From an uncultured delta proteobacterium (GTDB taxonomy: Bacteria > Myxococcota > Myxococcia > Myxococcales > Anaeromyxobacteraceae): a stretch of 64,000 nucleotides of DNA. Both the position numbers and the translations under genes were made by a program. The stretch is taken from assembly GCA_963828255.1 (NCBI GenBank), contig CAWHDZ010000003.1, positions 96,001-160,000 of the forward strand. The letters run 5' to 3'. How positions within the stretch are numbered: position 1 is the first letter of the stretch; the number at the start of each line of letters is the position of its first letter. Positions 58,401-64,000 of this stretch are shown one piece after another. The notes under the pieces were generated by a model. It was given only the letters and a program-made list of their open reading frames with translations, ran no database searches and was not told the origin of the DNA.

Positions 58401-60638
58401 AACCGGCTCACCCCCTTCGCCAACGACCCGGTGACCGACCCGACCGGCGAGGCCATCTTCCTCCGGGACGAGGACACGGGCACGGCCTGGACGCCCACGC
58501 CGGGGCCGCTTCCGCGCACCGGGACCAGCGGGCGCCACGTGGTCCGCCACGCCGCCGGGGTCACGCGGTTCGCCCGGGCGGCGAACGGCATCCGGAGCGA
58601 GCTGGCCGTCTTCGTGCATGACGCCGACCCGGTGAAGTTCTCGGTCCTCACCGTGACGAACGAGGGCCCGGCTCCGCGGCGGCTCGGTGTCTTCGGCTAC
58701 GCCGAGTGGGTCCTGGGGCCGCCGCAGGAGGGCCAGCACCTGCACGTGGTCACGCGACTCGACGAGGAGACCGGGACCATCCTGGCAACGAACTCATGGA
58801 ACAACGAGCTCGCCGGGCGCGTGGCGTTCGCCCACGCGAGCGAGCCGCTCCTCTCCTCCACCGGGGACCGGACCACGTTCCTGGGGCGGAACGGCTCGAT
58901 CGAGGCCCCGGCGGCTCTCCTCCACGCCTCGCTCCACGGCCGGTTCGGGGCCGGGCTGGATCCCTGCGCGGGCCTCCACGTCGCCGTCTCGCTCGATCCG
59001 GGACAGACCCGGCAGGTCGTCTTCCTGCTCGGCCAGGGCAGGGACGGGGCGCACGCGCAGGATCTCGTTGCCCGCCACGGTTCCGTCCCCGCGGCGGAAG
59101 CCGCGCTGGAACGGGTGACGCGCGGCTGGGACGAGACGCTGGGCGCGGTGCAGGTGAGCACCCCCGACGACTCCTTCGACCTCCTCATGAACTGCTGGCT
59201 CCTGCAGCAGGACCTGGGCTGCAGGCTGTGGGCGCGGTCCGGCTACCACCAGCCGGGCGGGGCCTTCGGCTTCCGCGACCAGCTCCAGGACGTGATGGCG
59301 CTCGTGCTGGCCCGGCCCGACCTGGTGCGGGAGCACCTCCTGCGGGCCGCGTCCCGGCAGTTCCAGGAGGGCGACGTGCAGCACTGGTGGCACGAGCCCA
59401 GCGGCCGGGGCACGCGCACGCGCTGCTCGGACGACATGCTCTGGTTGCCCTTCGCGGTCGCGCACTACGTGCGAACGACGGGCGATGCCGCGGTGCTGGA
59501 CGAGAGCGTCCCGTTCCTCTCCGCGCCCGCGCTCCGGCCCGACGCCCAGGAGACCTACGCCCGGCCGGAGGTCGCGGCCGAGCGGGGGACGCTCTTCGAG
59601 CACTGCGCCCGCGCCCTCGATCGCGGGATCACCACCGGCGCCCACGGACTTCCCCTCATGGGAAGCGGGGACTGGAACGACGGGATGAACCGGGTCGGCC
59701 GGGCGGGCAGGGGAGAGAGCGTCTGGCTCGGCTTCTTCCTCCACGCGGTGCTGAACGACTTCGCGCCCCTGTGCGCGTCCCGGGGGGACGCCGCGCGGGC
59801 CGATCGCTATCGGGGCGAGGCCGAACGGCTGGTGGCGGTCCTGGCGCGGGCGTGGGACGGCGAGTGGTACCTGCGCGGCCACTACGACGACGGGGCGCCG
59901 CTGGGGTCGTCGCAGAACGACGAGTGCCGGATCGACTCGATCGCCCAGTCCTGGGCGGTCCTCTCCGGGGCCGCCCCGCCGCGCCTCGCCGACCGATCCA
60001 TGGACGCGGTCCGCACCCACCTCGTCCGCCGGGGCCCGGGCGTCATCCTGCTGCTCGCGCCCCCGTTCGACCACACGGCGCAGGATCCCGGCTACATCCG
60101 GGGCTACCCGCCCGGCGTCCGGGAGAACGGCGGGCAGTACACCCACGCGGCGGCATGGACCGTGATGGCCCTCGCGAAGCTCGGGAGCGGAGACGAGGCG
60201 GCGGAGCTCTTCCACATGCTGAACCCCATCAACCACACGCGCTCGCGCATCGACGTCGAGAAGTATCGAGGGGAGCCCTACGTCCTCGCCGGCGACGTGT
60301 GCGCCCATCCCGACCACGCCGGCCGCGCGGGGTGGACCTGGTACACCGGGTCGGCGGGCTGGATGTACCGGGCCGGGCTGGAGAGCATCCTGGGCCTCCG
60401 GCGACACGGAGCGACCTTCGAGGTGGACCCGTGCGTGCCCGCCTCATGGCCGGAGTACTCCATCACCTGGCGCGTCGGCCGGACCACCTACGAGATCGCC
60501 GTCGCGAACCCGGACCGGGCCTGCCGGGGAGTCGCCCGGGCGGAGCTGGACGGCGCACCGGTCGATCACCGCGCCGTTCCCATCGTCGACGACGGCCGGG
60601 TCCACCAGGTGCGGCTGGTGCTCGGGCCCACCGGCTAG
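52491..60638 (+). CDS. ndvB: Cyclic beta-1,2-glucan synthase (Cgs/NdvB; GT84 + GH94)
   Basis: 2715 aa; [63 protein letters not shown]. Confidence 0.95.
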   Translation: MAAILDTLPFRDELLSIERLEERARALAARFTVDPHRRKARSVFPRFDDNAQVLRQAYRALAADVHQGKFITPAGEWLLDNYHLVDSEIRVVRQNLPRGYYRELPKLAARDLAGNARVYALAVELIRHSDSRLDRQQLARFLDGFQTVAPLTIGELWAWPSMLKLALIENLRRLADQTMDARAARRAADGYVARIDAAGKGAVPPLPRSLHAAHVVQLMHRVREYGPRLSALRRELDAHVAQGGHTAEEAIRSEHQREAATQVSVANAITSLRLCAEIDWPQFVESVSLVERVLQRDPAGVHGRMEFLSRDRYRQAVEELAEPSGEAQVRVALRAVESAREVAEVEGPGARAAHVGHHLIGKGRRGLESDVAWRPGFAKGLRRLAFSHAPFLYLAAITIATAGLVAAGVAYARMEHGTLRGQVAVALLLLLPASELAIAFVQRLAAHLAPPRRLPRLDFEAGIPDEARTLVVVPTLLSSVAGVDELLGHVEVLALGNLDPRIHFAILGDFTDAEAREMPGDESILDTARLGVEALNARLSEGRGDRFFLLHRTRQWNPGEGVWMGWERKRGKLEELNRLLRGATDTSFAVQVGATAILPAVRYCITLDTDTRLPRDAARKLIGIIAHPLNRPRFDAASGRVTEGYGILQPRVSVATSSAAGSRFARIFAGQTTVDPYTTAVSDTYQDLFGEGTFTGKGLYDVDAFAAALTGRVPDNALLSHDLFEGLHARAALVTDVEVVDDYPSSVLTHARRQHRWARGDWQILAWLFPFVPTRRGLQRNHLPILSRWKILDNLRRSLLAPATVALLLAAWTILPGSPAVWTVLVVLATAFPLLPLAFEAIAGPTPQQPWRAFVRGLREDAGGGLARVLLQLAFLANQAHEMLHAIQITLVRLVFTRRRLLEWETAAASAARGAAGPGGAGARPFWVEMAASPVIAGAGLLGVMAFRPSALWAAAPVLGLWAVAPFIAHGLSRVAPRRALGAEDRAFLLAVARKTWGWFDAFMGVEDHGLPPDNFQEVPDPKVAHRTSPTNIGMGLLSILSAHDLGFIETAELVERVDAALTTVEGLERLEGHLYNWYDTVSLAPLEPRYVSTVDSGNLAGALVALAEGLRELPPSDGLAALATRSSALAYGMDFRFLYDLRRRLLSIGYRAADADGPGELDASHYDLLASEARLASFFAIAKGDLPELHWFRLGRTVTGVHGVPTLLSWSGTMFEYLMPLLLMRSYPGTLLEESCRAAVRRQRDYAVERGVPWGISESAYDLVDRHENYQYKAFGVPGLGLKRGLGDELVVAPYAAALATLVDPEAAVRNLRRLTAEGLEGAHGYFDAVDFTRRRSDDPGAPVPEKGPVEGAIVRTYLAHHQGMTLTAIANALQGNRMVERFHADPRVRATELLLQEKAPRHAPFARPRPDEATTRAPPVPPVEVRRFRSAHTPYPHAQFLSNGNYTAVVTNAGGGSSFCRGRAVTRSRLDATCDPGSQFLYLRDVRSGRVWSATQHPTPGEAEDYLVTFAVERATFHRREDEIGTRLDIAVSPEDDVEVRRLVVTNHSDRVREIEVTSYAEIVLGPAADDLAHPSFGKLFVESEYVAGSAALLCHRRPRAPDDAPAWGLHVISQEGRTQGPVEWETDRARFLGRGRSPRDPQALDGRSLTGTTGVLLDPIVSLRQRIRLAPGGVARMSFATGMTGSRETALALAQRYRDPSATARTFALASAHARSTLRHLGISADEALVFERLASRVLRSDASLRAPSELLARTTLGQAGLWPHGISGDLPILLARVVTADGLSLVRQVLQAQEYWRLKGLQADVVILNEHPTSYLDEAHGALTALLDDGPWRAWKDRPGGVYLLRRDRMPDAEHLLLTTVARAIVSDDRGELARQLDRPTPPWTEPPAQVIAPAPAAQLAPAPVPPLALANGLGGFADQGRAYVVVLEGAEETPSPWVNVIANPGFGTIVSASGSAFTWSMNSRENRLTPFANDPVTDPTGEAIFLRDEDTGTAWTPTPGPLPRTGTSGRHVVRHAAGVTRFARAANGIRSELAVFVHDADPVKFSVLTVTNEGPAPRRLGVFGYAEWVLGPPQEGQHLHVVTRLDEETGTILATNSWNNELAGRVAFAHASEPLLSSTGDRTTFLGRNGSIEAPAALLHASLHGRFGAGLDPCAGLHVAVSLDPGQTRQVVFLLGQGRDGAHAQDLVARHGSVPAAEAALERVTRGWDETLGAVQVSTPDDSFDLLMNCWLLQQDLGCRLWARSGYHQPGGAFGFRDQLQDVMALVLARPDLVREHLLRAASRQFQEGDVQHWWHEPSGRGTRTRCSDDMLWLPFAVAHYVRTTGDAAVLDESVPFLSAPALRPDAQETYARPEVAAERGTLFEHCARALDRGITTGAHGLPLMGSGDWNDGMNRVGRAGRGESVWLGFFLHAVLNDFAPLCASRGDAARADRYRGEAERLVAVLARAWDGEWYLRGHYDDGAPLGSSQNDECRIDSIAQSWAVLSGAAPPRLADRSMDAVRTHLVRRGPGVILLLAPPFDHTAQDPGYIRGYPPGVRENGGQYTHAAAWTVMALAKLGSGDEAAELFHMLNPINHTRSRIDVEKYRGEPYVLAGDVCAHPDHAGRAGWTWYTGSAGWMYRAGLESILGLRRHGATFEVDPCVPASWPEYSITWRVGRTTYEIAVANPDRACRGVARAELDGAPVDHRAVPIVDDGRVHQVRLVLGPTG

Positions 60639-60639
60639 A

Positions 60640-61248
60640 TCAGCCGTGCCCCAGTTGCAGCGAGGAGCTGGTCGACCGTCGGACCTGGGATCGGCGCCGC
60701 CATGCGTCGTCGGTCCGAACCCGTCCGAACGGCCCGGACCAGACGCGGGACATGAGCTCGAGGCGGCTCCCGCAGCCCGACTTGCCGAGCAGGGCGGTGA
60801 CGTGGATCTCCACCGTGGCCTCCGCGCAGCCCAGCTCGCTCCCGATGGCCTTGTTCGAGCGCCCGAGCGCCAGCAGCCCGAGGACCTGGGTCTGGCGGGG
60901 AGTGAAGCCAAACCTCGACGCCGCGTCCGCGAGGCGAGGACCCGGGTCCACGGCGCCACCGGCCTGGACGGCCAGGAAGTGGCGCGGGGCTCCGGGCGCG
61001 AGGATCCGGGTCACGCGGTAGGCCTCGCTCCGCCCCCCCAGGCTCTCGAGCAGGCCCGCGTCGATGGAGTCCGGCGCAAGCTCACGGGCGAAGTGTCCGA
61101 TCCGGTTGTCGCAGGCGATGCGGCCGTCGGCCCAGAGGACGAAGGCTGCGGAGGGGATCTCCTCGAGCACGGCGGCGAGCGCTGCGGCCTCCGTCGGTTC
61201 GAGCATGAATCCATCTCCACCTGCGACTTCGGTCTGGGCGGTCATCAT
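60640..61248 (-). CDS. LuxR-type HTH regulator
   Basis: FTPRQ.QVL.LLA.G.SNKAI..EL..AE.TVE.HV. Confidence 0.85.
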   Translation of the reverse strand: MMTAQTEVAGGDGFMLEPTEAAALAAVLEEIPSAAFVLWADGRIACDNRIGHFARELAPDSIDAGLLESLGGRSEAYRVTRILAPGAPRHFLAVQAGGAVDPGPRLADAASRFGFTPRQTQVLGLLALGRSNKAIGSELGCAEATVEIHVTALLGKSGCGSRLELMSRVWSGPFGRVRTDDAWRRRSQVRRSTSSSLQLGHG

Positions 61249-61474
61249 GACTCACGGAGCAGAGCAAGCTCCGGGCCAACGGGCTGCCGGCTGGCGTGTG
61301 GCGAAAATCCCACGCGGCTCCAGACCACGTGTCCCCTGACCAGGGGGCGCCGCCCGTTCGCGAACGTCCCGTGAACGGTCCCCGGTCGCCCGGGTTCCGG
61401 GATTCGTCCGGAACATGCTGACGCCCTCGCTGGCGCGATGCGTGCATCCCCTGGTCGACGAAAGGAAGTGCTCC

Positions 61475-61912
61475 ATGAAGATCGTCCCGAAGATTCTCGT
61501 CGCGGTCGTGCTGTTGTCCGGCAGCGCCGGCGCCCTGGCGGGCGAGGCCGCACGGCTGGCAGGTGAAGTGGGAAGGCTCGCAACCGGACAGGTGGTCATC
61601 ACCCTGGGCCTACCGGTCGTGCTCCCGACGCTCGTCGTCGTTCAGCCCGGTGTGAGCGTGATCCCGAACCAGCCCGTCGAGGTGTTCTACAGCGGCGGGT
61701 ACTACTGGACCCGCCGGGACAACGGCTGGTACCGGACGCACGATCACAATGGCGGCTGGGCGCGCATCGAAGAGCGCCAGGTGCCGGTCGTGATCGTCCA
61801 GTCACCCCCTGGCCAGTACAAGCACTACAAGGGGAACGGAAAGGGCAACGGCAAGGGCAAGTCCGACAAGGGGCACGACAAGTCGGACAAGCACGGTGGC
61901 GACGGCCACTAG
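61475..61912 (+). CDS. Small secreted hypothetical protein with G/K/H-rich tail
   Basis: Signal peptide, LVVVQPGV.V, EVFY..GYYW, PPGQYKH; RBS AAGGA. Confidence 0.75.
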   Translation: MKIVPKILVAVVLLSGSAGALAGEAARLAGEVGRLATGQVVITLGLPVVLPTLVVVQPGVSVIPNQPVEVFYSGGYYWTRRDNGWYRTHDHNGGWARIEERQVPVVIVQSPPGQYKHYKGNGKGNGKGKSDKGHDKSDKHGGDGH

Positions 61913-62058
61913 ACCACGCGGCGCCCCTGGATGACGCGGACGAGCACCACGATGATGGCGAGCACGAGCAGGATGTGGATGAAGCCGCCCATCGTGGTGG
62001 AGGTGACGAGGCCGAGCGCCCAGAGGACGAGAAGAACGACGGCGATGGTCCAGATCAT
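61909..62058 (-). CDS. lmo0937-family small membrane protein (49 aa; below the ORF-track cutoff)
   Basis: MIWTIAVVLLVLWALGLVTSTTMGGFIHILLVLAIIVVLVRVIQGRRVV; RBS AGGGAG. Confidence 0.88.
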   Translation of the reverse strand: MIWTIAVVLLVLWALGLVTSTTMGGFIHILLVLAIIVVLVRVIQGRRVV

Positions 62059-62319
62059 GATTGCTCCCTTCGGTGTGGTTCCGCGCCCTCATTCCAGGAG
62101 CAACGACCGTGCCCAACGGCTCGGAGCTCCAAGCGTCCGATTTCCCACGCTTTGTCCAGGCGACGGGATGTTTTCGCTGCGCGTGAAATCGTACACCGAA
62201 CGTTCGGGGACAACCGCCCGAGCGTTCGGCTGCCAGGAGGTGTATGATGAAGCCTCACTCGAACCACCGACCTGGGCCGCACCCCTGGACCCGAGCCTCC
62301 GTCCGAGAGGGTCCAAGGC

Positions 62320-64000
62320 ATGCGCACGCGTTCGAAACCAACGGTGAAAGTCCGCAGCACGGCACCCCCGACCGCCTTTCCGATCGTGGGGGTGGGTGCG
62401 TCGGCCGGGGGCCTGGAAGGGTTCCGGCAGCTGCTCGCCCATGTCCCGGACGGCTCGGGCCTGGCGCTCGTCCTGGTGCAGCACCTCGAGTCCTCCCGGG
62501 AAAGCCTCCTCAGCGACGCGCTGTCCACGGCGACCTCCATGAAGGTCGCGCAGGCGGTGGACGGAGTCCGCGTCCAGCCGGATCGGGTCTACGTCATCCC
62601 GCCGGGCGCCCAGATGGCGATCGAGCAGGGCGTGCTCAAGCTGTCCCCGCTCCAGGGAGATGAGCGCCGGCCCCACCTTCCCATCGACTTCTTCCTCCGT
62701 TCCCTGGCCGCCGACCGCGGAAGGCAGGCCATCGGCGTGGTCCTCTCCGGCAACGCCTCCGACGGAACGGCGGGGCTCACCGCCATCCGCGAGCACGGCG
62801 GGATCACCTTCGCGCAGGACCCCCGGACGGCGCGCTTCGGTGCGATGCCCCAGAGCGCGGTGGACGCAGGGGTGGTCGACTTCTGCATGCCGTTGCCGGC
62901 GCTCGGCGCGGAGCTGGTCCGGCTGGCCAGCCACCCGTACCTCGCGCGGAACGAACCCGTACCTCCCACGCCATCGGGTGACGCCTCCCTGGCCGAGGTC
63001 GTCGCGCTGATGCGACGGATCACCGGTGTCAACTTCGCCGAGCACAAGCAGGCGACGTTCAAGCGGCGGCTGGCCCGGCGCATGGCGGTCCGGAAGGCGG
63101 CCGACGTCGCCTCCTACCTGGCGCTCCTGACCACCGAACCGCAGGAGGTTCGCCTCCTGTACGGGGACCTCCTCATCAAGGTCACGTCGTTCTTCCGGGA
63201 CGAGGGGAGCTTCGCCGAGCTGAAGGCGGTGGCGTTCCCGGAGATCCTGAAACACAAGGCCCCGGGCGCCCCCGTTCGCGCGTGGGTGGTGGGATGCGCC
63301 ACGGGCGAGGAGGTCTACTCCCTCGCCATCGCGCTCATCGAGCATCTCGGCGAGGTCCCGGCCGCCCACCCGGTCCTGATCTTCGGCTCGGACCTCGACG
63401 AGAGGGCCATCGAGCACGCGCGAGCCGGCCTGTACCCGGAGTCCGCGGTCCAGGGGCTCGGAGAGGAGCGGCTGAAGCGCTTCTTCGTCCGGACCGATGG
63501 GGGCTTTCGCGTCACCCAGGCCGTGCGCGAGTCGTGCGTCTTCGTCCGCCACGACGTGGCCCGCGACCCCCCCTTCTCCCGGCTGGATCTGGTGACCTGC
63601 CGGAACGTCCTCATCTACTTCGGCCAGACCCTTCAGCGGCGGGTGATCGCGGCGGCCCACTACTGCCTCAACCAGCCCGGGTACCTGCTCCTCGGTCCTT
63701 CGGAGAGCACCTCGGGCGTCACGAAGTGGTTCACGTCCGCCAGCAACGGGCAGGGGCTCTTCGCCCGCAGGCCCGGGCGCAGCACCTTCCGCTTCGAGCC
63801 GCGCGGCGGCACGCTCCACTTCCCCAGGCCAGCGTCCGTCACGGGTCTCCTGGCGCCGCCCCGGGCCGATGGCTCCCTGGCCCGCCAGGCCGACGACGCG
63901 GTCCTGGAGCGGTACGGCCCTCCGGGCGTCGTCGTCAACGACCGGCTGGAGGTGGTCCAGTTTCGCGGACGGACCGGTCCCTACCTCGAGCCGCCCGACG
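62320..64000 (+). CDS. CheB/CheR fusion protein (runs off the window)
   Basis: IVGVGASAGGLE, VQHL, PIDFFLRSLA, LSG.ASDG, VTSFFRD, GCATGEE.YS, CRNVLIYF; PAS-like region begins. Confidence 0.92.
   Translation, partial: MRTRSKPTVKVRSTAPPTAFPIVGVGASAGGLEGFRQLLAHVPDGSGLALVLVQHLESSRESLLSDALSTATSMKVAQAVDGVRVQPDRVYVIPPGAQMAIEQGVLKLSPLQGDERRPHLPIDFFLRSLAADRGRQAIGVVLSGNASDGTAGLTAIREHGGITFAQDPRTARFGAMPQSAVDAGVVDFCMPLPALGAELVRLASHPYLARNEPVPPTPSGDASLAEVVALMRRITGVNFAEHKQATFKRRLARRMAVRKAADVASYLALLTTEPQEVRLLYGDLLIKVTSFFRDEGSFAELKAVAFPEILKHKAPGAPVRAWVVGCATGEEVYSLAIALIEHLGEVPAAHPVLIFGSDLDERAIEHARAGLYPESAVQGLGEERLKRFFVRTDGGFRVTQAVRESCVFVRHDVARDPPFSRLDLVTCRNVLIYFGQTLQRRVIAAAHYCLNQPGYLLLGPSESTSGVTKWFTSASNGQGLFARRPGRSTFRFEPRGGTLHFPRPASVTGLLAPPRADGSLARQADDAVLERYGPPGVVVNDRLEVVQFRGRTGPYLEPPD

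Noticed and set aside
1..64000. CRISPR array, rRNA or recognisable riboswitch
   Set aside because: No regularly spaced repeats or conserved RNA motifs seen by eye; an Infernal/Rfam scan would be needed to exclude small RNAs.

Overview
This is a very GC-rich bacterial window. Gene content and codon style suggest an Anaeromyxobacter-like member of Myxococcota (inference). Positions 1 to about 35.4 kb form an accessory region anchored on tRNA-Pro(CGG) 3' ends at 1-10 and 29768-29812. Both ends are followed by the same ~230-bp non-coding module: terminator, GCACCA arm repeat, then a second palindromic core with a variable 7-nt spacer. Two segments end in 'toxin-antitoxin pair, then opposed Xis-like HTH', yet I found no integrase in the window. 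The cargo includes a GGDEF-hemerythrin sensor, a PilZ protein, several outer-membrane barrels, a porin-arylsulfatase-anSME-SulP operon, four TA loci and many gene fragments. Two reading frames are interrupted by in-frame UGA codons followed by SECIS-like hairpins. One is an 11-heme cytochrome c fused to tandem rhodanese domains (46395-48521, Sec65), which the ORF track splits in two. The other is a GrdB/PrdB-like UxxC protein that also carries a UAG. The right half holds a second arylsulfatase, DUF3300 (frameshifted)/DUF2950, Cax, VIT, AI-2E, two HD-GYP proteins, thrH, PfpI, cyclic beta-1,2-glucan synthase, LuxR and a CheB/CheR fusion. Family assignments come from motif recognition by eye; no database search was run.
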